A stretch of 32,000 nt of DNA from Propionibacterium freudenreichii subsp. freudenreichii (GTDB lineage Bacteria; Actinomycetota; Actinomycetes; Propionibacteriales; Propionibacteriaceae): NCBI RefSeq assembly GCF_000940845.1, contig NZ_CP010341.1, forward strand, positions 2,460,001 through 2,492,000. Reading direction: 5' to 3'. Positions 24,695 to 32,000 of this stretch are shown piece after piece. The position numbers and the translations under genes were made by a program. The notes below the pieces were generated by a model that worked only from the letters and a program-made list of their open reading frames with translations, was not told the origin of the DNA and ran no database searches. Each line of letters begins with the position of its first letter. The stretch's first letter is position 1.

Positions 24695-25633
24695 ATGGCC
24701 ATCCAGGAAGTCACCTTCCCATCGTCCAACGGGCGCGACACCATCTACGGCTGGATCTACGAGCCCACCCAGCCCGCGCGCGGCGTCGTGCAGATCGTGC
24801 ACGGCCTGGGCGAGCATTCGCGCCGCTATCTGCACATGATCACCGCACTGCTCGACGCCGGATTCGTGGTGGCCGCCGACGACCATGCCGGGCACGGCAA
24901 GACCTCCACCGAATCGGGGGTGTGGGGCGACACCGGCGAGAACGGCGTCACCACCGTGATCAGCGACGAATACTCACTGCACAAGCTGGTGCGCGACGAC
25001 CACCCCGACCTGCCGTTCTTCATGTTCGGCCACTCCTGGGGCTCGATGATCGCCCGCGGCTTCGCCTCGGCCCATGGGGCCACGCTGTCGGGACTGGCCC
25101 TGTGCGGCGTGGCCGCGCAGATCGACGGCGTCGAGACCAAGCTTGACCGGGTGGGCCTGGACGCCGCCCTGGCTGCCGGCCCCGGCACCGCGTCGGGTGA
25201 GGAGTTCGTGGGCCAGATCTTCGAGGACTTCGTCTCGCGCTACACCGATGTGCGCACGCCGAACGACTGGATCGCACTGGACCCCGATGTGGTGGCCGAC
25301 CATGCGCGCGACCCGTTCAACAACTACTACAAGCCGATGAGCCTGCGCTTCGTGCACGACTTCGTCACCCTGTACGACCAGGTGAACGCCCCCGACTGGT
25401 ACACCTCGATCCGCGCCGACCTGCCGGTGCTCGTGCTCGCCGGCGACCAGGACCCGGTGGCCAACTACGGCGAGGGCGCCTATCACGTGGCCAACCAGCT
25501 CGAGGCGTCCGGACACCGCGATGTGCGCACCCACGTGTACACCGGATACCGCGACGAGGTACACAACGAGCCCCAGACGCGCGCCGACGTCGAGAGTGAG
25601 CTCACGGTGTTCATCGACGGCCACCTGCAGTAG
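24695..25633 (+). CDS. Alpha/beta hydrolase, lysophospholipase/monoacylglycerol-lipase-like
   Basis: HGLGEHSRRY oxyanion-region pattern and the nucleophile elbow GHSWGS. AGGAGA RBS. Confidence 0.8.
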   Translation: MAIQEVTFPSSNGRDTIYGWIYEPTQPARGVVQIVHGLGEHSRRYLHMITALLDAGFVVAADDHAGHGKTSTESGVWGDTGENGVTTVISDEYSLHKLVRDDHPDLPFFMFGHSWGSMIARGFASAHGATLSGLALCGVAAQIDGVETKLDRVGLDAALAAGPGTASGEEFVGQIFEDFVSRYTDVRTPNDWIALDPDVVADHARDPFNNYYKPMSLRFVHDFVTLYDQVNAPDWYTSIRADLPVLVLAGDQDPVANYGEGAYHVANQLEASGHRDVRTHVYTGYRDEVHNEPQTRADVESELTVFIDGHLQ

Positions 25634-25718
25634 GCGATCGTCCGGATCGGGCCACCCTCGACCGGAACGCATCTCACCGAAGCGATTCACGCGTTACCGG
25701 TGGATTGCATCATTACTC

Positions 25719-25767
25719 GTTGCGGTGCAGCTGTGCAACGCAAGATGTTGCACGGTTGCATCGCAAC
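25719..25767. promoter_or_regulatory. Nested inverted repeats upstream of the glycerophosphodiesterase gene
   Basis: Outer arms GTTGCGGTGCA (25719-25729) and TGCATCGCAAC (25757-25767) have one mismatch. Inner perfect arms are GTGCAAC (25733-25739) and GTTGCAC (25747-25753). Confidence 0.35.
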
Positions 25768-25889
25768 AGCCGAAACTCCTTGCAGCGTGGGCGCGTGTGC
25801 CCGGCTTCGTGATCTCAGGGACTTTTCAGGGGACCCCCTGAGGTGGCATGCTGACGGCCGGAAACCACACGCCGGACAAGGAAGTCACC

Positions 25890-26657
25890 ATGGCAGCAAC
25901 CCGGGCCACCCAGCACGTCCCCACCTTCAACTCAACAATCTTCGCCCACCGCGGGCTGCCCAGCCGGGCACCCGAGAACACGCTGGCCGCCTTCGACCTG
26001 GCAGCTGACGAGGGCGCCACCTGGATTGAGACCGACGTCGACATCATCGCCGACGGCACACCGATCATCATCCACGACACCGCCCTGGACCGCACCACCG
26101 ACCACCGGGGCAAGCTCTACGACATCGCGACCGCCGAAGAGCTGGCCGGCATCGACGCCGGATCGTGGTTTGCACCTGAGTTCGCCAGCGAACGCGTCAT
26201 CACCCTGGATGCCCTGGTCGACCTGCTCAACCGCCGCAAGCTCAATGCCAACATCGAGATCAAGGCCAACGAGCAGGGCGCCGAGCGCACCATCGTGCTG
26301 GTCGACGCCATCGCCAGCTCACTGGCCCGGCTCGATCCCGAGCGCGAGATCATCATCTCGTCGTTCTCGCAGCCGGTCCTGATGACCTTCCACGCCCGCC
26401 ATCCCGAGTACGCAATCGGCGTGTTGTACGAAACCGCCGCACTGTACGACGACTGGCTCTCGGTGCTGGAACTGTGCGGTGCGAGCTACATCCACCCCGA
26501 GGACGCCGGGCTCACCCGCGAGCGCGTGCAGGCCTTCCGCGACGCCGGCTACGGCGTGAACGTGTGGACCGTCGACGCCCGCGACCGCGCCAACGAGCTG
26601 CTCAACTGGGGCGCCACGGGCGTCTTCACCAATATCGCCGACCAGCTCATCCGCTGA
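25890..26657 (+). CDS. Glycerophosphodiester phosphodiesterase (GlpQ/UgpQ family)
   Basis: GDPD motifs IFAHRGLPSRAPENTLAAF and ETDVDIIADGTPIIIHD. The ATG at 25890 has AAGGAAG upstream and is preferred over the track start at 25848. Confidence 0.88.
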   Translation: MAATRATQHVPTFNSTIFAHRGLPSRAPENTLAAFDLAADEGATWIETDVDIIADGTPIIIHDTALDRTTDHRGKLYDIATAEELAGIDAGSWFAPEFASERVITLDALVDLLNRRKLNANIEIKANEQGAERTIVLVDAIASSLARLDPEREIIISSFSQPVLMTFHARHPEYAIGVLYETAALYDDWLSVLELCGASYIHPEDAGLTRERVQAFRDAGYGVNVWTVDARDRANELLNWGATGVFTNIADQLIR

Positions 26658-26851
26658 CCCGACGCCCCCGGGCGTCCGATCACGATCCCGTCCCCTCGGT
26701 ACCCCTGCCGGCACCCCCCAGTCGGCACTCTGCCCCACTGGCACCCCCGGCCCAACCCCGGCCGCACTTCCGCATCACCGTGCGCGCCATCCATTGGAGC
26801 GCGTCACCGCATCACCTGCTGGAACGCGCCGCCTACTGAAAGAGCCTGCTC

Positions 26852-28216
26852 ATGGCCACGTCCACGTCGTCCACGCGACGCTTCTCACTACCCGTCTTCC
26901 TGCGCAAGGGGCGTATCGGCCCCTTCCTCGCCGTCGTGATGTCGGGCCAGATCATCTATTCGGCATTCGAGGCCTTCAAGGGCTCGCTGATGATCCCGCT
27001 GCAGCAGATGCTGGGCATCACGCAGACCCAGTTCGGCATCCTCATGAGCTACATCGGCATCGCCATGTTCCTGTACGTGCCGGCCGGGTGGATCAACAAC
27101 CGCTTCAAGGTGCGCACCATCATCCTGTGGTCGCTGGGTTGGCGACTGGCCACCTACCTGGTGCTGTTCCTCCTGACCCCACCCTTTGCGGTGATGAGCG
27201 TGATCGCCGTCTCGTGGGGCGTGTTGGACGCGATCGTCTGGCCAGCGGTGGTCAATGGCGTGTCGATCCTGTCGCAGGACCAGGACAAGGAGGGCAAGGG
27301 CCTGGCAATGGGCCTGCTGGAGTCGATCCGGCGCCTCACCGAGTTCCTGATGAACGGCCTGGTGATCGTGATCCTGATGGTCTGGTCTGATCACACCGTG
27401 GGCATCATGCGCATTGCCGCCATCGTGTACGCCCTGCTCATCGTGCCCATGATGATCGCCGTGGCACGCCTGGTGCCCGACACCAAGATCGCCCAGGAAC
27501 AGGGCAAGTCTGATTCGTTGGCCGCACTCACCGGCCTGTTCAAGGTGATCGCACGCCCGCGCGTCTGGTTGGCCGGCATCGCAGCCCTGACCGTGTACTG
27601 GTCGTACATCAACCTGATGTACACCTCGGCTCCCTATCTGACGCAGGTGTTCGGCGTCTCGGCCGGGCTGGCCGGTGCGTTCGGCATCTTCAACACCGGC
27701 CTGGTGGGTATCTTCGCGGGACTCCTGTCGGGGCTGCTGGCCGACTATGTGTTCAAGTCGTCCACCAAGATGATGGCGATCTCGTTGGGTGCGGTGGCGG
27801 TGGCCTGCGTCATCGTCATGGCGCTGCCGGTGCGCTCGTCCATGATCTGGCCGATCATGATCATGCTCATCGTGGTGGCCATCGCCACCTTCCTGGGCAA
27901 GGCCGTGATCCTGGCGCCGGTGGCCGAGCTGAACCTGCCCGAGGGCATCTCGGGGTCGGCCATGTCCGTCGGCTCGTTCCTGGCCTACGCCTCGGTGTTC
28001 TGGGCATACACCCTCAACGGACACCTGATCGACGCCAACGCCGGCAACCCGCAGGCCGGTTACCGCCTGATCTTCGTGATCACCGCCGTGGTGGCCGTGA
28101 TCGGCTGCGTGGCCGCCGGCCTTCTGACCGTGATCAACCGACGCGTCAAGGCCCACCAGCAGGTGGCTGCCGCCGAGGGCGGGACGGACGCCGCACCGGC
28201 ACCCCGGGCCGAGTAA
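26852..28216 (+). CDS. MFS transporter (substrate unknown)
   Basis: 454 aa with about 12 hydrophobic segments and an MFS-like loop pattern. Confidence 0.8.
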   Translation: MATSTSSTRRFSLPVFLRKGRIGPFLAVVMSGQIIYSAFEAFKGSLMIPLQQMLGITQTQFGILMSYIGIAMFLYVPAGWINNRFKVRTIILWSLGWRLATYLVLFLLTPPFAVMSVIAVSWGVLDAIVWPAVVNGVSILSQDQDKEGKGLAMGLLESIRRLTEFLMNGLVIVILMVWSDHTVGIMRIAAIVYALLIVPMMIAVARLVPDTKIAQEQGKSDSLAALTGLFKVIARPRVWLAGIAALTVYWSYINLMYTSAPYLTQVFGVSAGLAGAFGIFNTGLVGIFAGLLSGLLADYVFKSSTKMMAISLGAVAVACVIVMALPVRSSMIWPIMIMLIVVAIATFLGKAVILAPVAELNLPEGISGSAMSVGSFLAYASVFWAYTLNGHLIDANAGNPQAGYRLIFVITAVVAVIGCVAAGLLTVINRRVKAHQQVAAAEGGTDAAPAPRAE

Positions 28217-28286
28217 CGGCCGTCCGGACCCGGGATGGGGCACTGCCCCCAGAACGGGTCCGGGCGTGCAGCGCCAGGAATGCGCA

Positions 28287-28334
28287 GATGGGGAGGACCT
28301 TTACAGGGCAGACGACATAAAGGTCCTCCCCATC
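28287..28334 (+). terminator. Perfect 17-bp-stem hairpin after the MFS gene
   Basis: GATGGGGAGGACCTTTA (28287-28303), a 14-nt loop, then TAAAGGTCCTCCCCATC (28318-28334). Confidence 0.55.
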
Positions 28335-28432
28335 CAGCATCCACCCGCCTGGCACGGGTCCGGACGGCACCCCAGTGGTCAGAGCGGCTCCCCAGTGGGC
28401 CCTGGACCCCCGGCCCCCGGCCAATACCTCCA

Positions 28433-28476
28433 CTAGATGGTCAACTGTGCGGCGTCATTGCCGCACAACTGCCCAT
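28433..28476. repeat. REP-like palindromic element, copy 5 (diverged)
   Basis: CTAGATGGTCAACTGTGCGGCGTCATTGCCGCACAACTGCCCAT. Confidence 0.8.
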
Positions 28477-28510
28477 CCAGCCAAGGAACGCCCCCGCCGG
28501 GGCTGGACTG

Positions 28511-28529
28511 TGAGGTTAGGCTTACCTTT
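28511..28529. promoter_or_regulatory. DtxR/IdeR-type iron box
   Basis: TGAGGTTAGGCTTACCTTT matches 16 of 19 positions of TWAGGTTAGSCTAACCTWA. It lies immediately upstream of the siderophore-interacting protein gene. Confidence 0.6.
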
Positions 28530-28583
28530 GTGACTGGGACGAGCGCAGCGGCGCGCAGTAGCCGGGAAAGCACGACCACCCGG

Positions 28584-29300
28584 ATGCCCCGCGTCCAGGA
28601 CTTCACACTCCAGGTGTGCGCGACGCACGAGGCCGGGCCCTACACGCGATTGCGCGTCCGTTGCCCCGAACTACTCAACCCACGCAAGTCCGACGAGCTG
28701 TTGCCCACCGCATGGCTGCGCCTGCTGGTTCCCGACGGCGGACGCCAGCACCAGCGCGGTTACACGCTGGTGGAGTGTGACCATGGCACCGGTGAGGCCA
28801 GCATCTACATGCTGCACCACGATCCGGCCGGGCCCGGGTCGCGGTGGGCGCGCTCCGCCCGCCCCGGTGACCGCATCGGTGCCCAACTATTGGCCGGTCA
28901 GCTGTACCTGCAGCCGCCACCGGACGCCGGCGCCCTGTACGTGGGCGACCTGGCATCCGCCCCGGCCATTGCCGGTGCCATCGCGGCGGCGCCCGCTTCG
29001 TGCGACATCGCGGTGGTGCTGCAGGCCGAACCGGGCAGCTGGTCACCCGTGCCACACACCGCGTGCACGCTGACCATCGTGTCGCCCGATGCCGGTGAGG
29101 ACGCGCTCATCGAGGCCGTCACCACCATTCCGGGCCGCGACTACGCCTGGCTGGCCCTGGAAGCATCAGCTGCCCAACCGCTGCGGGCCGCGCTCATCGC
29201 GGCGGGCCTGCCCCGCGATGCCGTGCAGTACCAAGGCTATTGGCGTCGCGGCACGCCCATGGGACGCACCGTCGAGACGTCGGCACGTGCTGCCGCCTAA
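28584..29300 (+). CDS. Siderophore-interacting protein (SIP/ViuB-type FAD-binding ferric-siderophore reductase)
   Basis: Pattern RGYTLVECD...IYMLHHDPAGPGSRWARSARPGDRIG followed by a NAD-binding-like half. The start is ATG 28584 or GTG 28530. The track start at 28437 would read through the REP element and the iron box. Confidence 0.75.
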   Translation: MPRVQDFTLQVCATHEAGPYTRLRVRCPELLNPRKSDELLPTAWLRLLVPDGGRQHQRGYTLVECDHGTGEASIYMLHHDPAGPGSRWARSARPGDRIGAQLLAGQLYLQPPPDAGALYVGDLASAPAIAGAIAAAPASCDIAVVLQAEPGSWSPVPHTACTLTIVSPDAGEDALIEAVTTIPGRDYAWLALEASAAQPLRAALIAAGLPRDAVQYQGYWRRGTPMGRTVETSARAAA

Positions 29301-29320
29301 CCGCTGACTGCCCGGGCACG

Positions 29321-29368
29321 GATAGGGGCGGATAAAGCACGGTCTACGGTGGTTTATCCGCCCCCATC
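29321..29368. terminator. Hairpin related to 1831-1880, between convergent genes
   Basis: GATAGGGGCGGATAAAGCAC (29321-29340), an 8-nt loop, then GTGGTTTATCCGCCCCCATC (29349-29368). Two stem mismatches. Confidence 0.5.
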
Positions 29369-29406
29369 TTGCGTTGGCCCATCGATGCCGGCCCGTTCGG
29401 GCACTA

Positions 29407-29448
29407 AGTGGACACCTGTGCGGCGTCATTCCCGCACAACTGCCCACT
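29407..29448. repeat. REP-like palindromic element, copy 6 (abuts the stop codon of the TIM-barrel gene)
   Basis: AGTGGACACCTGTGCGGCGTCATTCCCGCACAACTGCCCACT. Confidence 0.85.
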
Positions 29449-30476
29449 CAGCGGGCGTCAGCCGCCGCAATCAGGTTCTTGGCGCCGAGCTCAACACCCT
29501 CGAGCTGACCGAAGGCGGCGTCCTCATGCTCGATGTTGATGTTCATCTGCGGGTCGATCTCGACCAGTGCCTTGAGGAACTCGGTCCACCACGGCACATC
29601 GTGGCCCTCGCCGACGGTGACGAAGCGCCACGCGGGATCGGCCGGCCAGGTCGACACATAGTGGTCGAAGCCGGTGGGGGTGCGCAGCGCCGGATCGGCA
29701 GGCACCGGCCCGAAGCTGGAGTCGAGCACGCCGCGGGTGCCGACGCCCAGGAAGAGCTTGGTGTCCTTGGCGTGCACGTGCTTGATGTGCGAACCCAGCA
29801 GCCTGATCGACTCCACGATGTCCATGCCCTGCCACATCAGGTGCGAGGGGTCCATGTTGACGCCGACGTTCTTGGCGTCGATGCGGTCGGCGAACTCGAG
29901 GAAGTTCACCGGGGTGAACACCACATTGTGCGGATGCAGTTCCAGGGCGAGCTGCACCCCGGCGTCCTGGGCGCGCAGGTCCATCTCGCGCCAGAAGGGG
30001 TCGAGCACGCTCTTCTGGTATTCGAGCACCTCGAGCTGCGTACCGTCCCAGGGGTTCACCACCCACGCCGGGTACTTTCCGTCGGGGTCGGTGCCGGGGG
30101 TGCCCGACATGCAGACGATCTCGCCGACGCCCAACTTGCCGGCCAGCTCAATGGCCCGACGCAGGTCGTAGGCGTGCTTGGGCCCCTGATCGGGCAGGGG
30201 GCTGAGCACATTGCCCGAGGTGTTCAGCCCGGCCAGGCGCATGCCGTGCGCCTCGAACGTGGCCAGGTAGTCGTCGCGTGCCGTCTGCGACCCGATCAAC
30301 AGGTCAACCGGGCAGTGCGGCGAGGGGATGAAGCCGCCGACGTTCACCTCGGCGCCGGTGAGCCCATCGGCGGCGAGGATCTCGAGGGCCTCCTCGAGCG
30401 TGTAGTTGTGCAGGCAGGCGGTGTAGGCGCCCAGGTTGAGCGGGCTGGGCGCATTGGTCGTGGTTGAGCTGGTCAT
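29448..30476 (-). CDS. Sugar phosphate isomerase/epimerase (xylose-isomerase-like TIM barrel)
   Basis: 342 aa with TIM-barrel metal-site pattern (ALELHPHN, VNMDPSHLMWQG, HVHAKD). Confidence 0.8.
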   Translation of the reverse strand: MTSSTTTNAPSPLNLGAYTACLHNYTLEEALEILAADGLTGAEVNVGGFIPSPHCPVDLLIGSQTARDDYLATFEAHGMRLAGLNTSGNVLSPLPDQGPKHAYDLRRAIELAGKLGVGEIVCMSGTPGTDPDGKYPAWVVNPWDGTQLEVLEYQKSVLDPFWREMDLRAQDAGVQLALELHPHNVVFTPVNFLEFADRIDAKNVGVNMDPSHLMWQGMDIVESIRLLGSHIKHVHAKDTKLFLGVGTRGVLDSSFGPVPADPALRTPTGFDHYVSTWPADPAWRFVTVGEGHDVPWWTEFLKALVEIDPQMNINIEHEDAAFGQLEGVELGAKNLIAAADAR

Positions 30477-30492
30477 GGTGCTTTCTACTGAT

Positions 30493-30577
30493 GAGTGCTG
30501 GGTTGGGACGAGTGCTGGTTTGGGACCGGTACCGGATTGAGACCAGTGCCGAGTTGGGACCTGTACTGGGTTGAGAC
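30493..30577. repeat. 17-bp tandem repeat x5 filling the oxidoreductase/TIM-barrel intercistronic gap
   Basis: Units GAGTGCTGGGTTGGGAC, GAGTGCTGGTTTGGGAC, CGGTACCGGATTGAGAC, CAGTGCCGAGTTGGGAC and CTGTACTGGGTTGAGAC, with exact 17-nt phasing. Confidence 0.9.
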
Positions 30578-30599
30578 CGGCGCCGAACAGCGCCGTCGG

Positions 30600-31787
30600 C
30601 TACTTGATCTCGACGCTGGCGCCGCCCCTGCCGGCCGATGTGGCCACGGCGTCCTGGATGCGCATCGCGCGGTAGCCGTGCGCGAAGCTGGGCACGGGCG
30701 GAAGCCCCTCGTCCAGCCCGATCACCTGGTCAAGGAAGGCGCGCGCCTGGTAGGTGAACTGCTCGATCTGGGTATTGCCGACACCGGCGAAGTCCATCGA
30801 CGAGCCGCCCTTGTAATAGGGGAAGCTCGGGTTGGTGAGCACCTGCTTGGGGCCGCGCAGGCCGGCGGGCGAGTTGGTGTCGTCGAGCTTGATCTCGCCC
30901 GACCGGGCAAGGTCGAACGAGGCGTGCCCCTGGGTGCCGAAGACGTGAAAGCACAGCGCATTGGGCATGCCGAAGGCGACCCGCGACACCGAGATCGATC
31001 CGATGGCGCCCGAGGCGAAGTGCATGTTGAACTCGGCAATGTCGTCATTCTCGACGGTCTCGGTGGCCTCGGCGTCACCGGCCGCGCCGCGTCCGCCGGC
31101 CAGGCCCTCGACCGCGGGGGGACGCTTGGCGATCACGGTGGCGAAGCTGCCGCCGCTCACCGAGGCGATCGGCCCGGCCACGAACTCCGCCAGGTCGGTG
31201 ATGTGCGAGCCGACGTCGCCCAGCGCGCCGGAACCCATCGGACCGCGGTAGCGCCATGCGATCGGCACCTGCGGGTCGGCCCCGTAGTCGCACCAATAGC
31301 GTCCGTCGAAGTGCAGGATCTCGCCGAGCGCCCCGCTATTGGCCAGCTCCGCGATCTCGGCGATCGCCGGGTGGCGACGGTAACCGAAGCCGATGCCCGA
31401 GACCACGGACGCGTCGGCGGCCGCGGCAGCCATGGCGGCGGCGTCGTCGAGGTTGTCACTCAACGGCTTCTCGCACAGCACGTGCTTGCCGGCGGCCATC
31501 AGGGCCAGGGCGATCTCGCGGTGCAGCTTGTTGGCCACCACGATCGAGACGATGTCGATGTCGTCGGCCTCGACGATCTCATGCCAGTCGGAGGTGGCGC
31601 GCTCGTAGCCGTAGCTGTTGGCGGCATCGGTGGCGAAGGGTAGGTAGGCGTCGCAGATGGCCGCCAGTCGCACCTGCGGCACGCCGCGGGTGCCGAAGAC
31701 GGTGCGCACCTGGCGCCAGGCGTTGGCGTGCGTGCGCCCCGCCATACCGGCGCCGATCACGGCTACTGACAGTGTGTTCTCAGGCAT
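30600..31787 (-). CDS. Gfo/Idh/MocA-family NAD(P)-dependent oxidoreductase
   Basis: N-terminal Rossmann motif VAVIGAGMAGRTHANAW and the family motif HVLCEKPLS. 395 aa. Confidence 0.88.
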   Translation of the reverse strand: MPENTLSVAVIGAGMAGRTHANAWRQVRTVFGTRGVPQVRLAAICDAYLPFATDAANSYGYERATSDWHEIVEADDIDIVSIVVANKLHREIALALMAAGKHVLCEKPLSDNLDDAAAMAAAAADASVVSGIGFGYRRHPAIAEIAELANSGALGEILHFDGRYWCDYGADPQVPIAWRYRGPMGSGALGDVGSHITDLAEFVAGPIASVSGGSFATVIAKRPPAVEGLAGGRGAAGDAEATETVENDDIAEFNMHFASGAIGSISVSRVAFGMPNALCFHVFGTQGHASFDLARSGEIKLDDTNSPAGLRGPKQVLTNPSFPYYKGGSSMDFAGVGNTQIEQFTYQARAFLDQVIGLDEGLPPVPSFAHGYRAMRIQDAVATSAGRGGASVEIK

Positions 31788-31842
31788 TCCTGTGTCTCCC
31801 TTGACTGGACCTGCGATGGTCCGGGGTCCGTGACCCGGACGA

Positions 31843-31858
31843 TTTAACGCGCGTTAAA
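31843..31858. promoter_or_regulatory. Perfect 16-bp palindrome TTTAACGCGCGTTAAA upstream of the oxidoreductase operon
   Basis: Exact dyad 56-71 nt upstream of the start at 31787, with a LacI-operator-like CG centre. Confidence 0.4.
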
Positions 31859-31918
31859 CGCGATGTGTCCAGTGTCACAGCACGACATTTGTCCCGTCAA
31901 GGAGTTGTCCGGGATTGC

Positions 31919-32000
31919 TCAGGACGAGCTGCGCACCGACAACGCCGGCGCCACGATGAACTCGCGCCCACGCAGCGGCTCGTCATCGCCCTCGGCGGCG
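31919..32000 (-). CDS. 3' end of a gene running off the window, possibly a LacI-type regulator
   Basis: Reverse complement reads ...AAEGDDEPLRGREFIVAPALSVRSSS*. The tail resembles LacI-family C-termini (xxLxVRxSx). Only 26 codons are visible. Confidence 0.25.
   Translation of the reverse strand, partial: AAEGDDEPLRGREFIVAPALSVRSSS

Noticed and set aside
18026-32000. Calling the accessory-looking right half of the window a mobile genomic island.
   Set aside because: No integrase, transposase, tRNA target or conjugation/phage genes are visible. Only small repeat footprints are present, and these are reported as separate findings.

Overview
This is a high-GC actinobacterial chromosomal segment. 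The gene content looks Propionibacteriales-like, but that is only a guess. I support about 25 CDS and found no rRNA, tRNA, CRISPR array, transposase, integrase or recognisable defence system. From left to right the window contains: (1) an MFS fragment and an AlkA-like HhH-GPD glycosylase. (2) A minus-strand operon of FGGY kinase, GpsA-like dehydrogenase and DeoR regulator. (3) A sulfate-ester locus, made of a divergent radical-SAM sulfatase maturase (anSME) and a translationally coupled operon encoding an SsuA/TauA-like lipoprotein, two permeases, an ATPase, a Cys-type sulfatase and an MBL-fold alkylsulfatase. (4) An 800-bp gap with no credible ORF, followed by a solitary Phd/YefM antitoxin. 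(5) A DHA2-like MFS and a TauE/SafE permease. (6) An inositol-type cluster (IolE-like, IolG-like, TIM-barrel, LacI). (7) A small AT-rich cassette encoding a His-rich, internally duplicated protein. (8) An alpha/beta hydrolase, a GlpQ-type phosphodiesterase and an MFS. (9) A siderophore-interacting protein behind a DtxR/IdeR-type iron box. (10) A TIM-barrel plus Gfo/Idh/MocA pair and the 3' end of a probable regulator. Most of the unusual signal is non-coding. It includes a six-copy REP-like palindromic element family, perfect long-stem hairpins, and locus-specific 15-20 bp tandem arrays directly upstream of many start codons. It also includes in-frame repeat expansions in three sulfatase-locus genes, a DnaA-box-like cluster, and 48-bp direct repeats flanking the His-rich cassette. 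All functional calls come from motif recognition by eye. No database search was run.
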